Assembly (NCBI GenBank): GCA_964635675.1
Contig: CAZWPT010000045.1
Coordinates: 79,691-143,690 of the forward strand
Length of the DNA: 64,000 bases
Source: an uncultured Nitrososphaerota archaeon
Lineage (GTDB): Archaea; Thermoproteota; EX4484-205; JAAOZP01
Direction: 5' to 3'
Below, one piece after another: positions 47,314-56,925 of the stretch. The first letter of the stretch is position 1, and each line of letters opens with the position of its first letter. Below the pieces are notes generated by a model. That model worked only from the letters and a program-made list of their open reading frames with translations. It was not told where the DNA came from and did not search any database. The position numbers and the translations under genes are program-made.

Positions 47314-47769
47314 CTAAGAGTGATGCGTGAGAAGCTCTATTATGATTCCCAGCGGGCTCTTCGGATCCGTGTAGGCGTATGAGCCTCCTGTGAAACCTCC
47401 CTCCTGCTCTATTTCTATGCCCATTCCCCTTAGATTACTCTTAACCGATTCCATATCTCTCACGTTGAAAGCAATATGATGAATCCCCTCACCATGCTTT
47501 TCTAAAAATTCTCTCCATGTGCTTGGCCCCCCAACAGGCTCTATCAGCTCTATCGTTATGTTTTCAAGCTGTAGGAATGCTAGTTTGGCTCTTCCCTCCG
47601 CAGCCTTACCCCTATACTTCATGCCAGTCTTCTCATGCGGCTCGGTTTCAACTATGTTTGAAGCCTTTACGCCAAGAAGATTCTCCCAAACACCTATGCT
47701 TCTCTCAATGCTTCTAACAACAATCCCGACTTGGACGACTCTTCTAAACTCTGAAGCTGCTTTGCCCAT
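47314..47769 (-). CDS. VOC-family protein (glyoxalase / methylmalonyl-CoA epimerase-like)
   Basis: Two beta-alpha-beta-beta-beta modules are present, with His/Glu ligands (HHIAFNV ... IIELL). The ORF in the track is 47314..47964. The internal ATG at 47769 gives a family-typical 152 aa. Confidence 0.65.
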   Translation of the reverse strand: MGKAASEFRRVVQVGIVVRSIERSIGVWENLLGVKASNIVETEPHEKTGMKYRGKAAEGRAKLAFLQLENITIELIEPVGGPSTWREFLEKHGEGIHHIAFNVRDMESVKSNLRGMGIEIEQEGGFTGGSYAYTDPKSPLGIIIELLTHHS

Positions 47770-48009
47770 GTTTTTCGATGCTCCCCCGCTTTTAAATGTC
47801 TTTCTAAGGTTAACGAATCGTTGACAGAACCTCCTTATGGCCTGTTTTGCTGGCAGCTGCGTAGCGAACGGGCTGATAGAGCAGGTTGAAGCAAGACAGG
47901 AAGGGTGAGCTTTCACAGTATGGGAAACATCTTCCAGAAATGATTTAAAAGGGATGGTTAGCAAAATAGCGCGCGCTACACGTGGGTAAGCCTATGCATC
48001 GCGTTGACT

Positions 48010-48318
48010 TCACGGGTTGGCTGCAAGTTTAATTGCTAGGTCTTGCAGATCGCCAACTGCTTCCTTTAGAAGCAACGTTGCAGCCCCAGGCTTCCTCTCA
48101 TATACCACCATGCCGCTCGTCAATACTTTAAGCTTAAACCATGGCGGAGCGTCATCCACAACTCTGGTGTCAACAGGGATACGGAGCACTTTTGAAAGCT
48201 CAATGCAAAGTTCGGTCTCAAGGCTAAGCGGGTCCTCGACCAGGCCGCCTGTATAAATTGCCACATCCATGTCTCTGAAAAAATTCCTCCGCGTAAAGCC
48301 TCCGTAAACCACAGCCAC
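48010..48318 (-). CDS. minimal nucleotidyltransferase (MNT/MntA-like, Pol-beta NTase fold)
   Basis: VYGGFTRRNFFRDMDVAI is a variant of the GSxxRG ... D-x-D NTase motif. The in-frame upstream region (to 48423) has no start codon. The GTG at 48318 is the first one. Confidence 0.6.
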   Translation of the reverse strand: MAVVYGGFTRRNFFRDMDVAIYTGGLVEDPLSLETELCIELSKVLRIPVDTRVVDDAPPWFKLKVLTSGMVVYERKPGAATLLLKEAVGDLQDLAIKLAANP

Positions 48319-48400
48319 AAGAACTTCTCCATGACGCGAAAGATACTCCCGGAGCTTCTCTAGTGCCTCTTCCTTCTCCTGCGACCCCGCCTCATAGTAC

Positions 48401-48825
48401 TTAACCTCTCTCGACGTACTCCCTCACCTCCTCAACGAACTTGCTAATCAGCCGCATACTGGAGGCTTTAGCCTCCCGATAGATCCTTGAGTCATTAACC
48501 AACCAGTACCTGTGCACGATGAGATTCCTCAAGCTGGCGAGAGCAGCCATTCCGGTGCAGTCTCAGGTTTGATCACGCCGTTGTAGGAGAGCTCCTCAAA
48601 CGCCTCTCCGTAGCTCTCAACCCTCTTTTTGAATTTATCCGATAAGATGTGGAGGGCTATCGATGCTGCAGACTCTACCGTCAATAGCACTAGGTGCTTG
48701 AGAGCGAGTCTGGACTCAAAGCTAGTTGTAAACTCTTCCTCGCTCTTCTCAAGTATAAGCTTCATATAGCTGAGAGCTTCCTCTACTTCCCTTAGCCTAC
48801 GCCCTATGAAATCGGAGTTAATCAC
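48401..48825 (-). pseudogene. HepT/DUF86-type HEPN toxin gene disrupted by a frameshift
   Basis: ORF 48529..48825 carries the N-terminal HepT region with Rx4H (ESRLALKHL). The canonical C-terminal HEPN motif MAALASLRNLIVHRY continues in another frame down to the TAA at 48401-48403. Confidence 0.55.
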
Positions 48826-49279
48826 GCTAATAGCTTTTTCAATGCAGCATTATTTAAGCATGGCGGTTGCAGATGAAGACTTATTGGAACAAGAGTAGCA
48901 GGGTAACACACGTGCTAAGCCCATCTTCCTGTTAGTGTGTAATGGCGTTGTGATAACCCCTTAGATTGAGGTCTTAGGACGTTTTATCAAGCCGAAGCAC
49001 CATGAGGAGTATTATGATGCCTACCAGTATAGTTGGCACGCGAGTTATGAAAACAATGCAGGAGAGATTTTCCAGAGGAGACGTGCACTACTTGAGGCCT
49101 GGCGTCCCAGATATTTGTTTCGCAGCATTTAGAAGCCCGAACAGCAAGCTCCCGCGCGGAAACGAGACGAAGGGGATAAGAACAGTATAGAAGGCAGTGG
49201 AGAAGCCTATAGGATTCGAAGTGAATTGGAAATGATGACGGTGTTAAATATCTTGCCCTTTTCCAAGTATAGCATATTT

Positions 49280-49795
49280 TTAGGCTCGCACTGCTTGTTT
49301 CGGATGATAAACTTTGATACCAAGGCTTTTTCTTATGCTCTCTGCTTTTTTAAGTATTTCTTCGTCTCCAGTGGCAAATAGATTTATGCCGGATGTTTTC
49401 TTCAGAATCCACGCATAAGACAGGTGGAGCATATCCAGTGTTCTAAGGCATAATGAGCCTGCCAGCTTAGTCGCAACATAGTGCTCCAAACTAATTCTAC
49501 AAGCATATCCAGCAAAATCCCTTTTTATGCAGCGACTTTTTGATATTAACTTAAGCCTACAGTCTTTTATTATGAATGTTACCAATGTGTCCATTAAAGG
49601 TTCTGCTTGGAACGGAATGTCAAGCTCATTTCTCAATCTTGAGAGAACGCAATATAATTCAACGAGTGTAATTGGGGATATCACGAAGTTAAAATTGCTT
49701 TCAAAAAACGCGTTAGAATCCTCATACAGTTCGTCCAACGGTTTATACCTGGCTATTATGAGGCTGGTGTCAACGTAGTAGCTTGGAGTATCCAA
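49280..49795 (-). CDS. PIN-domain protein (VapC-like)
   Basis: The N-terminus is YYVDTSLIIA, with later acidic positions. It lies directly downstream of a small RHH-like gene. Confidence 0.6.
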   Translation of the reverse strand: MDTPSYYVDTSLIIARYKPLDELYEDSNAFFESNFNFVISPITLVELYCVLSRLRNELDIPFQAEPLMDTLVTFIIKDCRLKLISKSRCIKRDFAGYACRISLEHYVATKLAGSLCLRTLDMLHLSYAWILKKTSGINLFATGDEEILKKAESIRKSLGIKVYHPKQAVRA

Positions 49796-49802
49796 CTTAC
49801 TT

Positions 49803-50075
49803 TCATTCTCCCCTCCCTTCTCTTACGAGTTCGATAGCGCTTTTCTTCGATTTGATGACAAAAGGTACTCTTCCTTTCTTCCTCCTTTCCTCTAAAGCTG
49901 CTAACAGTTCCTTTGAAACTCGTATTTCGCCTTCGAAAAATTCTTCTCCCTCAACCTCAAGGGCAAGCAATTCTTCAATCAAACTTTTAAGAGTAACCCC
50001 CCTCTTTATCGCAAGTAGTTTCACCTTCCTCCAAAGCTCTGGATTGAGTTTCAGGGAAGTAATTTTATCGGTCAT
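49803..50075 (-). CDS. ribbon-helix-helix (CopG/Arc-like) antitoxin-type protein
   Basis: LKLNPELWRKVKLLAIKRGVTLKSLIEELL fits the RHH fold. The gene lies 8 nt upstream of the PIN gene. Confidence 0.5.
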   Translation of the reverse strand: MTDKITSLKLNPELWRKVKLLAIKRGVTLKSLIEELLALEVEGEEFFEGEIRVSKELLAALEERRKKGRVPFVIKSKKSAIELVREGRGE

Positions 50076-50346
50076 TAATAAAACTAGTTTTAAAGTAGTA
50101 TTTAAACCTTGCTTTATAGCTCGTTGTAGATATCACTGCACGCATCCGATAATTTACATTTGTAAGCACGCGCTAACGTATTTACCATCAATATCCGATA
50201 TATCTATAGCTTACCTGACGGATTATATGCCTTACCTATGCTGACGTGTGCCAATATCTTACCGTTTCCATGAAGTATATCAGCGTGTGCTCAATAATTT
50301 ATATTCGTAAAAAAAACTTATATTAAGTTGGCAACTACAGTAATTT

Positions 50347-51330
50347 ATGAAAGAAGGAGTAAAGAATCCAAGGTTCTGGGATCAGATAATTTCATACGGG
50401 TCTTTCCTGATCCTCCTAACTATTGGATGCATTAGTTTTCTTACAATTAGCACTATTCCATTCTCGATGGGGATAAGCAGCAGGCTCGGCCCCTTTTGTC
50501 CTTCTTGTATGAACACGAACGTAAGTTTTAGAATTGAGTTTCCACAAAATAATATGCCGGAAGTAATTAATACAACTCAAGCATTCATAAATAAATTTAA
50601 CAGAATTCCAAAAAGTTTTCCTTATAAAAGAGTGGAGATAGAGCCCCAAAGTAAAGAGATCTTGAAAGAAATATTTCCCTTTCAAGACGTTGCTACATTC
50701 GAAGTTATAGAGAACTATTATATAACAATTTTTTCAACGGACAAACCTAACCATTATCTTGAGGTTTCTTGGAAACTATCTGGAGGTAAGATTGATGTTT
50801 TAGAAAAAAGGACTCAAGTAAGCATTTTTATCCTAAAGACGATTTATTCAAAGTCCTGCAACGATACAACCAATGAGAAAATTCATTACGAAGTAAAGGG
50901 AGAGGCAACTTACTACGAAATCCCGATTCAAATAAATTCTGTAACTTACGTAGAAGGAACCATCTACCATACTTATGACTGGACTACGACATACGCTTAT
51001 CTAGGATCTAATTTGATATATTCGGTGACTGCAGCAGGGGATTTTTACTGGAATTATGGGGTTGAAATTTGGGTTTATGCATATGCTTCTCATCAAGTTC
51101 ACTTCCCACTTTGGACCACATGCTGGTTAAATAAGGAAGTTTCCGGACAACACACAACTGCCTGTTATGTGGAGGCGAGAGGTAGAGCATCCGCTCTCCT
51201 TTACTACGTGCCTCCTTTTCTCTCAGTGAATTTTGAAAATACTGCACAAGTAGGTCACGATTGCTGGGGTGGAGAGAATCATTGGGGCAATGTAAACTTT
51301 TACTATAGCTATGGGCTTCCTTGCATGTAA
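50347..51330 (+). CDS. hypothetical membrane-anchored protein in an AT-rich segment (ORFan)
   Basis: One N-terminal TM helix is followed by a Tyr/Trp/Thr-rich domain. There are no recognisable motifs. The local GC is visibly lower than in flanking genes. Confidence 0.45.
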   Translation: MKEGVKNPRFWDQIISYGSFLILLTIGCISFLTISTIPFSMGISSRLGPFCPSCMNTNVSFRIEFPQNNMPEVINTTQAFINKFNRIPKSFPYKRVEIEPQSKEILKEIFPFQDVATFEVIENYYITIFSTDKPNHYLEVSWKLSGGKIDVLEKRTQVSIFILKTIYSKSCNDTTNEKIHYEVKGEATYYEIPIQINSVTYVEGTIYHTYDWTTTYAYLGSNLIYSVTAAGDFYWNYGVEIWVYAYASHQVHFPLWTTCWLNKEVSGQHTTACYVEARGRASALLYYVPPFLSVNFENTAQVGHDCWGGENHWGNVNFYYSYGLPCM

Positions 51331-51455
51331 ATAAAACCTCTATCCCCTTTTCCTCGTTTTTGATTAGTATCTGCAAGTAGGTCGAAACCAGGTTAAACTA
51401 GCCTTAACTGTTGGACATTCGAAAGATTTTTTATTTTCTAGTGCACGCTATACAG

Positions 51456-52160
51456 TTATTTAAGTGTGAAGTAAACTCTCCTATTGTTCCTTCCCTTGTT
51501 TTCGACTTTTAAGAGGATCAACTCCCTCACTTCCTTTGTGTTAGCTACGTGAGGCCCACCGTCAGCCTGAATATCCAGCCCCTCTATCTCAACTATCCTG
51601 AGCCTTTCAACACTGGGCGGAGCTGCCTCGGCGAGCTTAACTATCCCAGGTATCTTAAGGGCCTCTTCCCTTGGAAGATAGTATATTTTAACCGTCCTTC
51701 CTGATGCGAGCTCCGTGTTAGTTTCACGGAAAACATCATCTATCAGGGTCCTATCCATCTTCTCAAGGTTCAGGTCGAGCCTAGACTTATCCACGTTAAC
51801 CTGGTTCCCAGTTATTAGGGCCCCAGCCCTCTTATTGAAGACCGATGCTAAAGCGTGAATACCTGTGTGCATCCTCATGATTAGGTATCTTCTCTCCCAG
51901 TCCAGGACACCTTTGACAGTATCGCCCTCGCTAAACCCGTGGCCTGGTGCGGAATGCTGGACCCTTCCCCCTTCGCTTGACACCTGAACGACCTTTACTT
52001 CCCTCCCTTCTTTAATAAGAGTCCCGGTGTCTTCTGGAAGACCTCCTCCCCTAGGGTGAAATGCTGTCTTGTCGAGCACTACACTGTCTCCTAAGACTTC
52101 AACAACCCTAGCTTCGAACTCCTTCAAATACGAATCATTCATATAGAGTAGCTCCGTCAA
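51456..52160 (-). CDS. AlaX-like tRNA-editing domain protein (threonyl/alanyl-tRNA synthetase second additional domain)
   Basis: The HxxxH is MHTGIHAL. A later GGPH motif is present in the form ADGGPHV rather than CGGTH. Confidence 0.55.
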   Translation of the reverse strand: MTELLYMNDSYLKEFEARVVEVLGDSVVLDKTAFHPRGGGLPEDTGTLIKEGREVKVVQVSSEGGRVQHSAPGHGFSEGDTVKGVLDWERRYLIMRMHTGIHALASVFNKRAGALITGNQVNVDKSRLDLNLEKMDRTLIDDVFRETNTELASGRTVKIYYLPREEALKIPGIVKLAEAAPPSVERLRIVEIEGLDIQADGGPHVANTKEVRELILLKVENKGRNNRRVYFTLK

Positions 52161-52399
52161 GCCAATGTAATAACATAGCAGAGGAATTTTAACTTTTCCA
52201 CCACATCCGATTTCAACGTTTTAGGCTCCTATAAAGATTAAGGTGCAAAAAGGACGATTATGCCGATTTCAAAAATCCAATTCTTCCAAAAGGGAGACGT
52301 TATCTCTCATGCTGCGCGCGCTGCCAATGTTTTCATCGACCCTTGCTACCGAACATTTATACATCTTTTTGTAGGCCATAAACATTTTATAATCAATCC

Positions 52400-53254
52400 T
52401 TATTCTTTTATGTAACACACCTTAAAATAATAAAACCTATCTTTGGCTTCGATTACGCTATAATCCCCTTCCTTTATCTTTTTCAACATGTCTCCATCAA
52501 CGTTCTTACGTATCCATGTCAAGTAGACATCTTTAGCGAGTATGCTGGCCGCAGCAACCGCCGGGAAAACCTCCCCTTTCTCAACAGCATAAACCTCCAG
52601 TCCATCCAAGGCCTTTTCGATACCCCTCACCCTCAGACCGCTTTTGCTGGCATCGAACTTATCGATGATCACTCGTGTAGGTTTTTCACGGATCTTCGAA
52701 ACAACCCTTTTCAGAACCAAGCCATGTCCCCTCGCAAGGATATCGTTAAGGTTCCCATACTTCTTCGTCCTAAACATCTCGTTAAGCCTGAAGGGACTGA
52801 TTCTTAAAACATAGTAGCTTAGTGAAGCCCGCTTAATCACTCCAGCAAGATCCTGAATCCTGCTCTCCGGAACAATCTTGCTGTCTGCAACGCCTATCGA
52901 CTGGAGGTATGCTGCCTGTCTAGGGGTCAGGGCTGTTGCCGCGACGACAAGGGGGCCTAGGGCTTCGCCCTTCCCAGCCTCATCCGACCCGACGACTATG
53001 CCATCCATCCTATAATGCTCATAAAGGGCTTCCTCCAAAATTCTTCTCACCTCCTCTAAGGACTCATCGTAAACAATACTGCCGGTGCGATAAACTATTA
53101 CGTTTCTACCCCTCACCCTGCCTCTCAAGGCCTCGTACCGACTAGTCGCCGGAACTTCATCAAAATCCGGTGTAGCCTTTAAAGACTCAATAATCCTATT
53201 TAATAAAAGAGTAGGGATGAAGGCTGATATTTGTCTCCCACGAGGCTTCTTCAA
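52400..53254 (-). CDS. RNase HII/HIII-family ribonuclease with an N-terminal extension of about 85 aa (RNase HIII-like)
   Basis: The catalytic motif is VGSDEAGKGEALGPLVVAA. GVADSK and ASILAK follow. Length is 284 aa, against about 210 aa for archaeal RNase HII. Confidence 0.65.
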   Translation of the reverse strand: MKKPRGRQISAFIPTLLLNRIIESLKATPDFDEVPATSRYEALRGRVRGRNVIVYRTGSIVYDESLEEVRRILEEALYEHYRMDGIVVGSDEAGKGEALGPLVVAATALTPRQAAYLQSIGVADSKIVPESRIQDLAGVIKRASLSYYVLRISPFRLNEMFRTKKYGNLNDILARGHGLVLKRVVSKIREKPTRVIIDKFDASKSGLRVRGIEKALDGLEVYAVEKGEVFPAVAAASILAKDVYLTWIRKNVDGDMLKKIKEGDYSVIEAKDRFYYFKVCYIKE

Positions 53255-53419
53255 CCCTTACGGTAAACGCTATGCTAGCATATTAGTCTTCATTCCACTG
53301 GATTCCGACCTATCCCTTTTCCCTATACGTCGCGCATCCACTCGAATCACGAGCCAATAGGTGGCGGACTCTGAATACCATATTCATACGGCTTTCTTTA
53401 AAAACATGCGAATTAGTCG

Positions 53420-54490
53420 TCACGGGGATTTGGTCAAGCTCCTCATTTTTTCGGCAACGAGCCACGCAGCGGATTCTTCCAACGGCTTTAGGCTCAGAGA
53501 GGCCTCCTCCCTAGCAAGCCGCTTACACTCATCTACGGCAAGGTCGAGTTGAAGCTCCCTAGGTCTAAAGCCTACAATCCTGTGGAAATTCGAACAGTAT
53601 ATTTTCTCGAGCGTCCCCCTCGGCAGATTTAAGCCCTGATCTGTTTCCAGAAATTCCCTGACAAGCCGTACCTTGGCTAGTGCGCTTTCAACCCTCTCGC
53701 CGCCAAATATGTCGGTGCCAAACAGTATCCTGTCCTCATATTTCATGAAGAATTCCCGCCAAGCCTCTTTTTTCATCGAGAAATTATGATACATCTCTAT
53801 TCCTGGTGTTAGGTCGAGGTGAACATTCTCATGTTCCTCCAGAAAGCTTGAAGCCGCCTCCATGTCTGCGGAGAGAAAATAGAAATGCGCAAATACAACT
53901 TTTAAACGAGGATGTTTTTCTAAGACCGTTTCAACCTCTTCGTAGAACTGTTCTTTCGGGGGATAAGTCTGGTCGTAAAACCAGCCTTGCGTCTTAGCCC
54001 AAACCGGAACTTTCTCAGGATCCCAGAATTCCTCGGGGTCAGCGACGTGAAAAAGCAGAGGGAGCCCAGTGTCCTCGAGACGCTGAAAATAATCCTCGTA
54101 GAAAGGATCGTCAAACCTGATTTTCAAAAGTTTCCTGCAAACAGGTTTACCCTCAACCATTTTAATCCCGTCAAACCCAATGTTCAGAAGCCTGTCCACC
54201 TGCTCGCGAAGCGGTTGGGGCCGGCTTCCCGTGAAAATGAAAGAGTAGTCAAGGCTTCCGAAAGCGTAGAACATTTCCGGATGTAAAGCTTTTAGAAGCA
54301 ACACGTCAGGATTAAAATTAACCCTCTTATAATCTATGATGCTTAAGAGGGATGCTCCATGGTAACCTGCTTCAGAAACTATTTCAAGAACATTGCTGGC
54401 CTCCCGGATGCTCGTTACATGCATGTGGCAGTCGATCACCGGTATTCTTGCAAACTCTGTTTCCACAGTGCAAGCCATGTTTAAAAACAT
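53420..54490 (-). CDS. amidohydrolase-2 family metal-dependent hydrolase (TIM barrel)
   Basis: The N-terminal metal motif is VIDCHMHV. His/Asp ligands lie downstream. Confidence 0.7.
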   Translation of the reverse strand: MFLNMACTVETEFARIPVIDCHMHVTSIREASNVLEIVSEAGYHGASLLSIIDYKRVNFNPDVLLLKALHPEMFYAFGSLDYSFIFTGSRPQPLREQVDRLLNIGFDGIKMVEGKPVCRKLLKIRFDDPFYEDYFQRLEDTGLPLLFHVADPEEFWDPEKVPVWAKTQGWFYDQTYPPKEQFYEEVETVLEKHPRLKVVFAHFYFLSADMEAASSFLEEHENVHLDLTPGIEMYHNFSMKKEAWREFFMKYEDRILFGTDIFGGERVESALAKVRLVREFLETDQGLNLPRGTLEKIYCSNFHRIVGFRPRELQLDLAVDECKRLAREEASLSLKPLEESAAWLVAEKMRSLTKSP

Positions 54491-54588
54491 TATTAAGCAT
54501 TACTATCCGATCCGGTTGTCCCGGTGGAAGTCTGTAGACGCTTTAATACGCTGAACGCGAGTGCTATTAACCAACCCTGGCTAGGGCC

Positions 54589-55911
54589 TCAGCTGTTGAT
54601 TAGGTTGAGGTCTCCAGTGAACGCTGCCTCCAATATTCCCTTCATGTACCTCTCTACATCCCCTTTTTCAGGGTCTAACGGCACTGGCATGTTGAGCAGC
54701 TTCATCTTGAGCTGCGGGTCTTTGGCTGCAAGCATCATCCGTTCCAGGTGCAGCCTTGAAGCCCCCGCCTCCCTCAGCGTAGTAGGAACCCCTAGAGACC
54801 TGTAGAAAGAGAGAAAACCCTTAGCAACAGCTTCCGCCAGCTTCCTGCCCGCTAGGTTATCCAGATCCTCGCTTATGAAGCCAGAGTCCCTAAGTATTGG
54901 AGCAATAGTGGTGAGCTGATCCTCTATCCTGTCAGCAAAGAACACTGTGTAGTAAGGGTTAAGAATCGCGCAGGCTCTTCCGTGCGTTAGGACGTCGACT
55001 AGCGAAAAACTACCCAGGTGAGGGCCACTTGTTCCACCGATCATTATAGCGTATCCCCCAAGGTCGGTTCCCAGCCCCAGAGCAACCCTAGCCTTCAAAT
55101 CATTCCTCTCTATAGCTGGCCTGAGGCTGTTCACTATTAGCTTGATCCCGACCTGAGCGATCTCCTTTATCCTGCCGTAGTATTCTTTGCCGGTTGCCCC
55201 CATAAATACTTCCCAGATGTGGGAAATGCCGTCGAGAGCCCCGTCTACAGTTAGGTTCCGGGGAGCGCCGAGCGTCACGAGATAGTCGAAGACAGCTTTT
55301 TTCGGGACTATCGCCTCGTCAACGATGAGCTTCTTCTGCCCGGCTACAGGGTCCGTTATGTTCGAGTACTTAGTCAGGTGGGAAGCGGAGCCTGAAGCGG
55401 TTTGCACAGCAATTATCGGCAGAATATCCCTGCCTGTTGCTTTCCCCATCCTTGTTACTAAGCCTGTGCCGAAGTATGGCTCTATTGTGCAAGCCTTATC
55501 CCAGCTGACGCCCAATACGCTGCTAACTTCAGCAGGAGAATACGTGGCCAAGACGCTTGCAGCCTTAACAGCGTCTATCGTGCTTCCCCCGCCAAGCGCG
55601 ATGAGGCTCCTGGGCCTGTAGAGTGCTGCATGATAAGCTATCCTGTAAAGGTCGGCAAGAGGAGAGTTGGGCCTTGCACCCAGAACCACATCGTGCTTAA
55701 TTCCCTCCTTCTTAAGAGAATCAGAAACCCTTTCCAGCGGCTCCCGGATCCAAGGGTTAGCGCTCGACGCCACGAGCAGAGCATTACCACCATATTCTCC
55801 TACAAGGTTCCCAACCCTATCTAGCACAGCCTCTCCAAAGAGGTATGAGCCACCCTTCCATTCGCGTATAAGCTTCTCCGCAGCTTCCATCTCATCCGTA
55901 TACGTGACCAT
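54589..55911 (-). CDS. iron-containing alcohol dehydrogenase family protein
   Basis: The Fe-ADH signature LGGGSTIDAVKAA is present, with a His-rich metal site downstream. Confidence 0.8.
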   Translation of the reverse strand: MVTYTDEMEAAEKLIREWKGGSYLFGEAVLDRVGNLVGEYGGNALLVASSANPWIREPLERVSDSLKKEGIKHDVVLGARPNSPLADLYRIAYHAALYRPRSLIALGGGSTIDAVKAASVLATYSPAEVSSVLGVSWDKACTIEPYFGTGLVTRMGKATGRDILPIIAVQTASGSASHLTKYSNITDPVAGQKKLIVDEAIVPKKAVFDYLVTLGAPRNLTVDGALDGISHIWEVFMGATGKEYYGRIKEIAQVGIKLIVNSLRPAIERNDLKARVALGLGTDLGGYAIMIGGTSGPHLGSFSLVDVLTHGRACAILNPYYTVFFADRIEDQLTTIAPILRDSGFISEDLDNLAGRKLAEAVAKGFLSFYRSLGVPTTLREAGASRLHLERMMLAAKDPQLKMKLLNMPVPLDPEKGDVERYMKGILEAAFTGDLNLINS

Positions 55912-56014
55912 CTGCCCTTCTCCTTCATAGATTAATACTCATGCTTAGATAAATTTTGCCTAGGAGAGGACGATTAAAAAGCATGGTTTTTACAAACGCG
56001 TAATGGATCGAGTA

Positions 56015-56275
56015 TTATTCGAGGAAGATCGCGAGCTTGTCGAAAGCATCTAGAAACTCCATTCCCCTCGCCGTCAAGACGAAGACCCTCGGGTCGTCAG
56101 TCCTTCTAGCTATCAACCCGTGTGAAGCCAGTTCCCCAACTAGTTTCTTAACCCTGTCGAGAGGCATGTTGGCCCCGTAAGATAGCCTTGTTATTCCACA
56201 TCCTTCTCCGTGAACCTTCAGCGTCCTGAGAATATCTGCGTACAGCTGGAGCCTATGCCTCTTGGCTTTACCCAT
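56015..56275 (-). CDS. small winged-helix transcriptional regulator
   Basis: 86-aa ORF with a wHTH-like core (ILRTL ... ITRLSYGANMPLDRVKKLVGELASHGLI). Confidence 0.45.
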   Translation of the reverse strand: MGKAKRHRLQLYADILRTLKVHGEGCGITRLSYGANMPLDRVKKLVGELASHGLIARRTDDPRVFVLTARGMEFLDAFDKLAIFLE

Positions 56276-56326
56276 GCGCCTCTGCCTTCACCTCCAGACG
56301 CAACTATAAAAAATTTAAGGTTAACC

Positions 56327-56923
56327 CTAGATGGGAGGCTCAGGAAGCTTCTCTACTTTCCTAGAGTTCACCTGTGCCACGTGCTCTAGCTCCAGCTTTT
56401 CAACATACAGGAGTTCACCGGCAACCCTGCAGCCCTGTTTCAAATACGCTTCCCCCGCGTAAACGTTGCGGGCTGAAGAGTTCTCCCCGAGCTCAAGCCG
56501 GCCGGCATAAACATCCTCAACACTCGCGCCACGACCTATTTTCACGTACTCGGCGACAACAGGGCCTATGACTCTACCCCTCCTTCCTATTTCAAACGTT
56601 TTAGACCTGCAACCCCTCCTAGTTTCCACTTTCCCACCAACCTTGACGCCATCCGCGAAACAGGCATCAGCCTCTAAAGCCCCTCCCACTTCCACTACGC
56701 CGGCTTTCAACTCTCCGCCTATCTTCACAACCCCGCCTACCTCCAGCCTGTCTCCTACTGAAGCATTCTCATCCACTTTCAGCCTTCCGCCAACCGACAT
56801 TTTCTTTACGTTAACGGAGCCTTTGACCACGACTGTCCCTCCAACACTTACTTCGTCAACCTCCAAGCTCCCATCCACATCCAGAACACCGCCGACTGAA
56901 ATATGCGTCCCCTTTATTCCCAT
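56327..56923 (-). CDS. bactofilin-like beta-helical repeat protein (polymer-forming cytoskeletal family)
   Basis: The protein is Gly/Val-rich with 11-12-residue repeats (SVGGTVVVKGSVNV / SVGGRLKVDENASVGDRLEVGGVVKIGG ...). Confidence 0.5.
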   Translation of the reverse strand: MGIKGTHISVGGVLDVDGSLEVDEVSVGGTVVVKGSVNVKKMSVGGRLKVDENASVGDRLEVGGVVKIGGELKAGVVEVGGALEADACFADGVKVGGKVETRRGCRSKTFEIGRRGRVIGPVVAEYVKIGRGASVEDVYAGRLELGENSSARNVYAGEAYLKQGCRVAGELLYVEKLELEHVAQVNSRKVEKLPEPPI

Positions 56924-56925
56924 TC

